Source of the DNA: a bacterium
GTDB lineage: Bacteria > Patescibacteriota > Minisyncoccia > Phycocordibacterales > UBA918
Reading direction: 5' to 3'
Assembly (NCBI GenBank): GCA_043719295.1
Contig: JAYSUD010000001.1
Location: 28,943-92,942, forward strand
DNA length: 64,000 nucleotides
Shown: positions 1-7,680 of the stretch, one piece after another
Layout of the letters: every line of letters begins with the position of its first letter
Position numbering within the stretch: the stretch's first letter is position 1
Position numbers and translations under genes: made by a program
The notes under the pieces: model-generated
Databases searched by the model: none
What the model was told of the DNA's origin: nothing
Seen by the model: the letters and a program-made list of their open reading frames with translations, nothing else

Positions 1-34
1 CGCATGTGGCCTGGACCCAACAGTAATACGTTTA

Positions 35-628
35 TTGCATGGGCTCTTGCTCAAGTATCGGGTCACAACTTTGTATTACCTTTTAATGCCTTTGGGAAAG
101 GATACTCTATTTCAAATAATGCGTAACCTTTATAGTTGTATGAAAAAAGTAACTAAAGTAACTGAAGTGCAGGTAACCGAACTCTACAAGATGAAAGATG
201 GTGAAAGAGTATCAGAGAACAAACATACACTCTTTGCGTCTTCTCCCTCTGCTGGTTTTCCTGCTCCAGGTGATGATCAGGTTGAAAAAATACTTGATAT
301 CAACGATTTGGTAGTTCAAAACAAAGACGCCACTTTCTTTGTCCGCGTTTCAGGTGACTCAATGACCGGAGCTGGTATTTTTGATGGTGACGTATTGGTA
401 ATTGATCGCTCCAAAGAAGCAAAAGACGGAAAAATTGTAGTTGCAGCAGTTAATGGAGAACTTGTTGTCAAACGCCTCTCTATCACAAAACAGACTTCAA
501 GTAACGGGTCAGACCCCTTGATGCAGCTTGTGTCAGAAAATGAAGCGTACAAACCAATCAGCATCGGTGAAGATGAAGAATGTTTCATCTGGGGAGTTGT
601 CGTAGGCTCCGTCCGCCAGTTTCAGTAA
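35..628 (+). CDS. umuD: UmuD-like S24 peptidase (SOS mutagenesis protein; LexA-like autocleaving C-domain without N-terminal DNA-binding domain). True start probably internal (ATG ~191, MKDGERV...)
   Basis: Motif ...SAGFPAPGDDQVEKILDINDLVVQ..ATFFVRVSGDSM...DGKIVVAAVNGELVVKRL aligns residue-for-residue with E. coli UmuD (CGFPSPAADYVEQRIDLNQLL...ATYFVKASGDSM). Ala-Gly cleavage site and Ser/Lys dyad are present; sits upstream of umuC. Confidence 0.8.
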   Translation: MHGLLLKYRVTTLYYLLMPLGKDTLFQIMRNLYSCMKKVTKVTEVQVTELYKMKDGERVSENKHTLFASSPSAGFPAPGDDQVEKILDINDLVVQNKDATFFVRVSGDSMTGAGIFDGDVLVIDRSKEAKDGKIVVAAVNGELVVKRLSITKQTSSNGSDPLMQLVSENEAYKPISIGEDEECFIWGVVVGSVRQFQ

Positions 629-649
629 GTCTCCATAAACATAACTAAA

Positions 650-672
650 TGTGAGGTCTCGTAAACCCCACA
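650..672. repeat. REP-like palindrome TGTGAGGTCTCGTAAACCCCACA (left flank of RAYT)
   Basis: Inverted repeat GTG(A/G)GG...CCCCAC; same unit recurs at 1185-1207, 1412-1435, 1454-1476. Confidence 0.7.
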
Positions 673-677
673 TAGAA

Positions 678-1346
678 TTATTCGTGCAAAAGGTATTTGA
701 TTTGACTTATATCGATATCTTGAAGGTATTCTTCAAGTTGTTTAACATATTGTCCTTCAAACACATCATTGAAGAAATCAGTTTTGAGAATAGAGGGGAA
801 ATTTTTTATACCGATATAGTCTTGGTAGCTACTCCAACGATACGACTTTAAAAATTCTAGAGCAGACACAGAGTCCTCAATCTGACGTTCTCGCCATGCA
901 AGTGCATTCTCTTTTAGATCAAGAGGGTTAAGGTGTATATAGTTGAGTATATGGAGCATATAAGAATCACTGTTGATCAAAATTTTCTTTGTCCTCCCTT
1001 GAAAGAGAGTTCCAACTCTTGTATATCTCGCATTAAAATAGTTAGCGTATCCAGTATTCAGCTTTCTCAAAAAAAGACTCAATCCATTTTCAATACATGG
1101 ACTCAGTAGTAAATGGTAGTGATTACCCATCAGACACCACCCATGTATATCAACAAGTTTTTCGCCAGAAATAACATCTCTGTATGTGGGGTCTCGTAAA
1201 CCCAACATATTGTTACGATATGTATTAATGGCAAGTTCAGTGGTATTGAAAGCATACATGTCATGGATGAAACGAACTCTGTCACCATTATCTATAAATA
1301 TCTGTCGCTTATCTACCCCTCGATTGAGTGCATGATATATATCCAT
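678..1346 (-). mobile_element. REP-associated tyrosine transposase (RAYT, IS200/IS605 Y1 HuH transposase family)
   Basis: N-terminal YHALNRGVDKRQIF motif, HuH motif GNHYHLLL, catalytic-Tyr region NYIHLNPL; flanked by REP-like hairpins. Confidence 0.8.
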
Positions 1347-1411
1347 ACTCTACTAAGCGTAACTCCAATGGCAGATATTTGTAAGTCCGACATATGCGTA
1401 TATATTCTCAA

Positions 1412-1476
1412 TGTGGGGTCTCGTAAACCCCACATGGGCAACAATTTATGTGATGTGGGGTTTACGAGACCCCACA
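1412..1476. repeat. REP doublet (two REP units in opposite orientation, 18 bp apart) on right flank of RAYT
   Basis: TGTGGGGTCTCGTAAACCCCACA at 1412-1435 and its reverse complement TGTGGGGTTTACGAGACCCCACA at 1454-1476. Confidence 0.7.
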
Positions 1477-1498
1477 TTCTAGAGCAAGGTGAAAGGGG

Positions 1499-2761
1499 GT
1501 GTATACTTTTGGGATGATTGGGTTGATGGATTGTAATAATTTTTTTGTTTCTTGTGAACGGCTTTTTAGGCCTGATTTGCGGACGAAGCCGGTTGCTGTT
1601 TTGTCTTCCAATGATGGGTGTATTGTGGCACGAAGTCAGGAAATTAAAGATTTGGGGATTCCTATGGGTGTACCGTATTTTCAGGTGAAGGATGTGTGTG
1701 AAAAGGCTGGCGCGGTGTTATTTTCTTCAAATTTTACGCTGTATAGAGATATTTCTGCACGCGTGATGCGGACGCTTGAAAAGGAGGTTGGTGTGTGTGA
1801 TATCTATTCTGTAGATGAGGCTTTTTTTCATGTTGATGATGATGCTACAGAAGAAGACGTACTTTCAATTCGAGCTCGAATCATGAAAGATGTAGGACTT
1901 CCTGTATCAATAGGGGTTGCAACAACTAAAACACTTGCAAAGCAGGCAAGTTCTATAGCAAAAAAGGGAAATGGGGTCTGTGTCTTAACGCAACAAATGT
2001 GGCTAGAAAGAACTCCTCTGACTTCCTGTGGCACTGTATGGGGTCTTGGGCGTCAGACGGTGACGAAGCTTCGTGGAATGAATATTACTACTGTTGCAGA
2101 ATTTATGAACCTTGATAGGTCGATTGTTCGGAAAGTGTTCGGGGTACAAGGTGATCGTATCTACTTAGAGTTACAAGGGAAACCTGTATACGAGCTTGGA
2201 CAGAACAGTAAGGATATACAGCAAAGTATCATGAGTTCACGATCGTTTGAGAAAACAACACATACGCTATCTGAATTAGAGAGTGCAATTGGGTACCATG
2301 TTAGCTTTGCATCAGAGAAACTACGTCAAAAAAAGTTGGTAGCTAGTAAATTGTATGTACAAATTCTGCCAAGTAGACATGGTGATTTTGCATTACGCAG
2401 AGGTTCTTCTGAAGTCATATTGAGTATTCCAACAGCAGATACGAAGGCGCTTTTGACTGAAGCACTTGCACAAGTACACATGCTGTTTGATCCTGAAGTT
2501 CCGTATAAAAAAGCAGGAATTGCACTTGGAGGGTTGTTACCTGAGGGATATGTCACTAGTTCACTTTGGGGTGAACGTAACACTCAAGTATTAGAATCAA
2601 GCTTAGACAACGTAACTGACATCATTAATCAAAGGTTTGGTAGTGGCACCATACGGTCTGGAGTTGTTCTTACAAGTGGCGCGCGAGGAAGTGCCAAACT
2701 TCGATCAAAAGAGTATACGACATCGTGGAAAGATATCCCCACTGTAAGAGCGATAACGTGA
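1499..2761 (+). CDS. umuC: UmuC, Y-family error-prone DNA polymerase V catalytic subunit
   Basis: N-terminus MIGLMDCNNFFVSCERLFRPDLRTKPVAVLSSNDGCIVARS...SVDEAFF matches E. coli UmuC (MFALCDVNAFYASCETVFRPDLWGKPVVVLSNNDGCVIARN...SIDEAF) and the C-terminal tail aligns. Confidence 0.9.
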   Translation: MYTFGMIGLMDCNNFFVSCERLFRPDLRTKPVAVLSSNDGCIVARSQEIKDLGIPMGVPYFQVKDVCEKAGAVLFSSNFTLYRDISARVMRTLEKEVGVCDIYSVDEAFFHVDDDATEEDVLSIRARIMKDVGLPVSIGVATTKTLAKQASSIAKKGNGVCVLTQQMWLERTPLTSCGTVWGLGRQTVTKLRGMNITTVAEFMNLDRSIVRKVFGVQGDRIYLELQGKPVYELGQNSKDIQQSIMSSRSFEKTTHTLSELESAIGYHVSFASEKLRQKKLVASKLYVQILPSRHGDFALRRGSSEVILSIPTADTKALLTEALAQVHMLFDPEVPYKKAGIALGGLLPEGYVTSSLWGERNTQVLESSLDNVTDIINQRFGSGTIRSGVVLTSGARGSAKLRSKEYTTSWKDIPTVRAIT

Positions 2762-2951
2762 CTATAGGTCAATAAGACATCAAAAACTAGTGACTTTTAG
2801 ACAACAAAGTCCTTTAAGAAACAAATATATAAAAAATAAGTCTATGTGAGCGTGTAACTTATTAAGAACAAGAACAGTTATCAACACACAATTTAAGACA
2901 CAAAGTCAATGTCCTTGTACTATATAAGTAGACCGATACAGATTAAAGATA

Positions 2952-2985
2952 TTGACGAAGTTTAAGGCTACACCTTTTATAAAAC
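2952..2985 (+). promoter_or_regulatory. Possible sigma70-like promoter (TTGACG-N17-TTTTATAAA) ~100 nt upstream of 3084 gene
   Basis: -35-like TTGACG at 2952-2957 with AT-rich -10-like sequence 17-20 nt downstream; weak call. Confidence 0.25.
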
Positions 2986-3083
2986 TTCCATAGTATTCTC
3001 CACAATTATTTGTATCGGATAGTGAATCACATTTTGTATTTGTGAAGCACAACGTTATTTAAAAATATAAATAAAAAAAGAAC

Positions 3084-4151
3084 ATGTTCGTATTAACAAC
3101 GAACGTTTCTGCAAGTTACAGAGTGATCGCGACACTCGTAGCAACTGCGTTAATTTTGTCGGCTACAGGAGTCTACAATTTTGCACAGGCAGCAAACGTC
3201 ACAAGCGTATCTGACACGTTGAGTGATTCAGATAGAAGCGTAGATTCAAACCATACCATCAGGTTCACAACACCAACTGGTATTACCGTTGGACAAACAG
3301 TCACCATAACCTTCCCAGCAGGTTTTAGTCTAACGGGTGTAACAACTGGAGACTTTGCAATTGCAACACCTGATGCAAACTGGACTGAAGGTGTTGCAGG
3401 ACAAGTGGTAACGTTCACTCGAACTACAAGTCCTGTAGCAGCATCTACTACAGTAATTGCCACCTTCACAGGATCAAACAAAATAAATAATCCTTCGACC
3501 ACAGGTTCGTATGAGATTGTTATTGCGGGGACTATGGCCGATTCAGGCCGCACACGCGTAGCGATTGTAGACAATGTTGATGTTACTGCGAGAGTAGATA
3601 CATCGTTTAACTTCACAGTTATTGGAAACGCAACAACAACAGCTGTTAATGGAACAACGACAACTCGCACATCTTCATCTACAACAATTCCGTTTGGAAC
3701 ACTCGTAGCAAATCAAATTACAACACTTGCACAAGATCTAACCGTCCAGACAAACGCCATTCGAGGGTTTGTGGTTACAGTTGCAGAAGATCAACATCTT
3801 CTTTCATCAACAGGAGCTGATATTGACAACTTCTCTGAGGGAGTTACCTCAGCAACACCTGTCGCATGGAATGCTCCCGACAACCTTATTGGAGACGAAA
3901 AGACCTGGGGACATTGGGGTGTTACTTCTGAAGACACTGCAACTACAAGAAGCGTCCAGTTTGGATCAAATCAATGGGTTGGAGTTTCGACAACACCACA
4001 AGTTCTCTTTAGTCACGCTGGTCCATCTGATGGTACAACAGCAGGAATAGGACGAACAAGAGTAGGGTATCAAGTACAAATCTCGCCACTTCAGGAAGCG
4101 GGAGATGACTACAGCACAACCCTTACATACATTGCAACTCCAACTTTCTAA
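3084..4151 (+). CDS. Secreted cell-surface protein with shared N-terminal module and WxL-like C-terminal domain (paralog of 40737..41882)
   Basis: N-terminal TM/signal then AANVTSVSDTLSDS...HTIRFTTPTGITVGQTVTITFPAGF; C-terminus ...TWGHWGVTSEDTATTRSV...GDDYSTTLTYIATPTF, conserved in five proteins of this window. Confidence 0.6.
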   Translation: MFVLTTNVSASYRVIATLVATALILSATGVYNFAQAANVTSVSDTLSDSDRSVDSNHTIRFTTPTGITVGQTVTITFPAGFSLTGVTTGDFAIATPDANWTEGVAGQVVTFTRTTSPVAASTTVIATFTGSNKINNPSTTGSYEIVIAGTMADSGRTRVAIVDNVDVTARVDTSFNFTVIGNATTTAVNGTTTTRTSSSTTIPFGTLVANQITTLAQDLTVQTNAIRGFVVTVAEDQHLLSSTGADIDNFSEGVTSATPVAWNAPDNLIGDEKTWGHWGVTSEDTATTRSVQFGSNQWVGVSTTPQVLFSHAGPSDGTTAGIGRTRVGYQVQISPLQEAGDDYSTTLTYIATPTF

Positions 4152-4171
4152 ACTAATTTAGAACAAAGAGT

Positions 4172-4203
4172 AAGAAAAATCCCCGAAAGGGGATTTTTCT
4201 GTA
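4172..4203 (+). terminator. Rho-independent terminator
   Basis: AAAAATCCCCGAAAGGGGATTTTTCT hairpin plus T-run directly after the 3084..4151 stop. Confidence 0.75.
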
Positions 4204-4287
4204 TGCCGGAGTTTTGTATTCTTGATGTTATATACATAAAATAATTCGATATCCAAGCGTGTAATGTTAAACTGTATGAGTTATTAG

Positions 4288-5370
4288 TTGTACCTATATA
4301 TGTTGCGTAATTCTCTACTAAAGCAGTTTTTATTTATTGTTCTTTTTGCAATCATCCTGCCTTATGCAACTGCTTCTGCACAAAATAGTACAGCTGGAAT
4401 TGGACTTAAACCGGCAACAATTGAAGGAGGGGCAATACCAGGTGAGACTCAAACGCATCCTTTTGGTGTCACAAACTTAAGTGCGGTAAATCAAACATAC
4501 TATCTTTTTACTCGAGATATTACTGGAGTTGAAGAAGGTGGGGTTCCAATATTTGCTGATGAAAATCAAGAAAAAACTGAGTATGAACTTTCTGAATGGG
4601 TAACACTAAGTGCACAAGAAGTAACCCTAGCACCAGGAGAAGAAAAAGTAATTGATGTTACTATTGCGGTACCGTTAACTGCAACACCGTGTAGTCACTT
4701 TGGTGGAGTGTTTGTTTCTATGCAACCACCACGAATGCGCTCAACTGGAGCTTCAGTAGGGTATGAAGTTGCAAACATCATTAGTTTGCGTGTTGCTGGT
4801 GAGTGTGTAGAAGATGCACAAATTCGTTCGTTCTCAACTGACAACTTTATCTATAGTAAACCTCTAGTTGAATTTACGGCTCGTGTTGAAAACAAAGGAT
4901 CGGTATTGGTTCGGCCATTTGGTCCGCTTGAGATAACCAATATGTTTGGAAAACGAGTTGCCATGGTTACGCTAAATGAATCTAAAGGTGGTGTGTTTCC
5001 TCGTACGGAACGCTCTTTTAATATAACTTGGGAAAGTGATGGACCTGGTTTTGGAAGGTATCAAGCTATTTTAAGTATGATTTATGGTGAGCAAGGCAGG
5101 CAATCAACTATTTCGTCTACTGCTTCATTTTGGATACTGCCGATGAACATTATCCTCCCTGCATTAGGTGCACTTGCGTTTTTACTCTTGTGCGCATACA
5201 TCTTTGTGAAGTTGTATATTAATAAAACAGTGCGGAGTATGTCAGGGGGCACACGGCGAATAGTTCGTCGTAAACGACAAGGGGGTATGTCGGCGCTGTT
5301 ACTTGTGGTTGTTGTCATGCTTTCAGTTACTGCGTTATTCCTCCTTATCTTGTTGGCCCTCTTTGCTTGA
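4288..5370 (+). CDS. CscA/DUF916-DUF3324-like cell-surface protein: signal peptide, two beta-sandwich ectodomains, C-terminal TM anchor(s)
   Basis: Signal peptide; ...VTLAPGEEKVIDVTIAVPLTATP...ENKGSVLVRPFGPLEITNMFGK... then hydrophobic C-terminal segment(s); follows a WxL-like protein as in Firmicutes csc loci; paralogs at 36600, 55030, 56021. Confidence 0.5.
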   Translation: MYLYMLRNSLLKQFLFIVLFAIILPYATASAQNSTAGIGLKPATIEGGAIPGETQTHPFGVTNLSAVNQTYYLFTRDITGVEEGGVPIFADENQEKTEYELSEWVTLSAQEVTLAPGEEKVIDVTIAVPLTATPCSHFGGVFVSMQPPRMRSTGASVGYEVANIISLRVAGECVEDAQIRSFSTDNFIYSKPLVEFTARVENKGSVLVRPFGPLEITNMFGKRVAMVTLNESKGGVFPRTERSFNITWESDGPGFGRYQAILSMIYGEQGRQSTISSTASFWILPMNIILPALGALAFLLLCAYIFVKLYINKTVRSMSGGTRRIVRRKRQGGMSALLLVVVVMLSVTALFLLILLALFA

Positions 5371-5387
5371 TGATAGAATAGATAGGT

Positions 5388-5789
5388 ATGAAAGATTCTG
5401 TGTACCACAGCTTGCTTCGAATCTCAGCACTCACCTTAAGTTTAGTGCTGTTGTTTGTTAGTGGCATTTTCTCAGAATCAACAAAAGAACTCTCGCTTAA
5501 TACAGGTTCGTATCTTGCTACCGCAATTGGAATGAATGCAGCAGTTTTGCCAACTGAAATAAATACACTCTCAGCACAACTTCTTGAAAAAGATAAAGAA
5601 ATACAGAGTAGGGAAATTGCAGTGAGTTTAAAAGAAGCAAATCAAAATAAAAGTGATACGGCAACATTTGTGTTAAGTGTTCTCCTTTTTGTACTTCTCA
5701 TTTTGATTGTTCTCAATTACATTCTCGACTACATACGGACACGAAAAATTACACCTCTACCTGTGTCAGGATATGAACAAGCTCACTAA
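5388..5789 (+). CDS. Small two-TM membrane protein, unknown function
   Basis: ORF with hydrophobic helices at both N- and C-termini; no recognisable motif. Confidence 0.35.
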   Translation: MKDSVYHSLLRISALTLSLVLLFVSGIFSESTKELSLNTGSYLATAIGMNAAVLPTEINTLSAQLLEKDKEIQSREIAVSLKEANQNKSDTATFVLSVLLFVLLILIVLNYILDYIRTRKITPLPVSGYEQAH

Positions 5790-6585
5790 GTCAGCTCTTA
5801 TAGGTATTGGTGCTGTAGTTTTATCTACGGTCGCTATTCAAGCAAGTGATCTTGTTGGTGGTATTAGTGGCAATCTCGCGGGTTTAGCAATTGAAAGTCA
5901 GAGTGTATGTGGCGAAGGAGCGACGTTGGTGCTTTTAGGTTCGCAAAGTTTATGTGTTGATACGTATGAAGCCTCACCGAGTGATGCGTGTCCGTATCCT
6001 GTTGTAGATAGTCAAAATAAAACACAAGACAATGCAAATGCTCCTGAGTGCACGGTGGCATCCGCCCAAGATGCAATACCGTGGGCTTTCGTTTCACAGA
6101 TTCAAGCACAGCAATTTTGTGGGAAAGTAGGTAAGCGCCTACCTTCAAATGAGGAATGGTATAAAATTGCCAGTGGATTTAGTAATGAAGGAGCGTGTGT
6201 TATTAACTCTGGGTTATCCTCTCCTTCTAAAACGGGGACAGAAGCGTGTGTCACTCCACTTGGCATCTACGATGTGGTTGGAAATGTATGGGAATGGATT
6301 GATGGTGAAGTAAGTGGGGGAATGTATAACAACCGCGCGTTACCAACTTCAGGGTATGTAGCCATGGTTGATACAAATGGTATTACTATTGAGACAAAAA
6401 ATAGTGCTTTGGAGGAATTTGGAAATGATTACGCACAAACTTCACAAGAAGGGATAAAAGGAATTATCCGTGGTGGTTTTTATGGAAGTAAAAGTGATGC
6501 AGGAATATTTGCTCAAAATCTAGCGGTGCCACTTGATTTTAAATCTGCTGGAGTTGGGTTTCGCTGTGTGAAGACGGTACAGTAA
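5773..6585 (+). CDS. Membrane-anchored SUMF1/FGE-sulfatase (C-type lectin-like fold) domain protein
   Basis: N-terminal TM (MNKLTKSALIGIGAVVL...) then RLPSNEEW...GNVWEWIDGE...RGGFYGSKSDAG...GFRCV, characteristic of the FGE-sulfatase domain. Start moved to ATG 5773 from track 5707. Confidence 0.65.
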   Translation: MNKLTKSALIGIGAVVLSTVAIQASDLVGGISGNLAGLAIESQSVCGEGATLVLLGSQSLCVDTYEASPSDACPYPVVDSQNKTQDNANAPECTVASAQDAIPWAFVSQIQAQQFCGKVGKRLPSNEEWYKIASGFSNEGACVINSGLSSPSKTGTEACVTPLGIYDVVGNVWEWIDGEVSGGMYNNRALPTSGYVAMVDTNGITIETKNSALEEFGNDYAQTSQEGIKGIIRGGFYGSKSDAGIFAQNLAVPLDFKSAGVGFRCVKTVQ

Positions 6586-6635
6586 TTTATTTATAGTTTT
6601 TTTGGGGATTAAGAAGTTCTTTGAACTTCTGATAG

Positions 6636-7457
6636 TTGTATACTATAAATATGAAATGGCTCAAAGTGGGGAGCGTTATATTTGGTGCGCTTATTATTAC
6701 TGCACTTGGTATTGACGCAGCCGATACACTTTCTGGTTCGAGAGGAACACTTCTTGGTCAATTAGTTGGAAGTCCCCAACAAAGTGCCTGTGAAGCAGGG
6801 ATGGTAGAAGTTAATTTGGCTTCAACGTTTACCTGTGTTGATGTATATGAAGCTTCTGCGCTACAAGACTGCCCCTATCCATCACCACAAAATGAAGAAG
6901 AGACTCGATTAAATCTTGAAAGTACTACTTGTGGAGCATCTTCAGGTGCGGAAGTTTTACCCTGGCGTTTTATTACACGTGAACAAGCAAATGTTGCCTG
7001 TATGAAGTCGGGTAAACGACTTCCAACAAACCAAGAATGGCACGTACTTGCATCGGGAACCCGTGATGACAGATCTCTCTGTAACATGGACGGGAGTGGA
7101 GTTTTGCAAACTGCAGCCAATTCACAATGTGTCTCAGCTATCGGAGTTATAAATGCTATTGGTAATGTGTGGGAATGGACCTCCGACGATGTAATTTCTG
7201 GAGTATATAAAGGAAGAGAGCTTCCAAGTTCTGGTTATGTTACTCAAGTTGATAACGAAGGGGTTGCGACACTCACAACACTCACACCTTCAGAATTGTT
7301 TTATAAAGATTATTTCTGGTCTTCAAAAGAAGGTGCATACGGTATTATGCGTGGGGGTTTCTATGGAAGTAAAAGTGATGCAGGTGTGTATGCGGTTCAT
7401 GCACAGACTTTGCCGACTGCAGCGGGGACTGCCATTGGTTTTCGCTGCCTTCGGTGA
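6636..7457 (+). CDS. Membrane-anchored SUMF1/FGE-sulfatase domain protein, tandem paralog of 5773..6585
   Basis: Same motifs: KRLPTNQEWH...GNVWEWTSDD...RGGFYGSKSDAG...GFRCLR; N-terminal TM. Confidence 0.65.
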   Translation: MYTINMKWLKVGSVIFGALIITALGIDAADTLSGSRGTLLGQLVGSPQQSACEAGMVEVNLASTFTCVDVYEASALQDCPYPSPQNEEETRLNLESTTCGASSGAEVLPWRFITREQANVACMKSGKRLPTNQEWHVLASGTRDDRSLCNMDGSGVLQTAANSQCVSAIGVINAIGNVWEWTSDDVISGVYKGRELPSSGYVTQVDNEGVATLTTLTPSELFYKDYFWSSKEGAYGIMRGGFYGSKSDAGVYAVHAQTLPTAAGTAIGFRCLR

Positions 7458-7458
7458 A

Positions 7459-7575
7459 GGCTAAAAATACCCCATTTACTTCGTTGCGTTTCAAAAAATT
7501 TTCCTCTACGTATGTTGAATACGTGTCGAAAAATTTTTTTCACGCGCCTCGTACCTGGGGCATTTTTAGCCTTTA
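7459..7575 (+). repeat. Family-2 structured intergenic element (copy R1): 15-bp outer inverted repeat GGCTAAAAATACCCC/GGGGCATTTTTAGCC around conserved core
   Basis: Core ...CTTCGTTGCG...AAATTTTCCTC...CGTA...CGCCTCGTA shared with copies at 38688-38806, 46897-47020, 61955-62095, 29730-29870(rc), ~9605-9720. Confidence 0.6.
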
Positions 7576-7680
7576 CCACTAGAGTTTGATTTAGAATTGC
7601 TAGGCGTTCATTGTTTATGTAAATCTTATAATGTGTACAGTAGTCATTACTGTTGTGTACATACGTTACAATGGTACGTA

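Noticed and set aside
35-628. LexA repressor instead of UmuD
   Set aside because: No N-terminal winged-helix DNA-binding domain is recognisable. The pre-cleavage segment and domain alignment match UmuD almost position-by-position, and the gene lies next to umuC.
2762-3083. tRNA or other RNA gene in the long AT-rich intergenic regions (2762-3083, 9601-9811, 47031-47167)
   Set aside because: No GC-rich acceptor/anticodon-stem-like cloverleaf segments were visible; the regions look like AT-rich promoter/UTR DNA.
6611-6632. Hairpin AAGAAGTTC-TTTG-GAACTTCT between the two FGE paralogs as a terminator
   Set aside because: The T-run precedes rather than follows the hairpin and it sits ~20 nt from the next start codon; more likely a leader structure or nothing.
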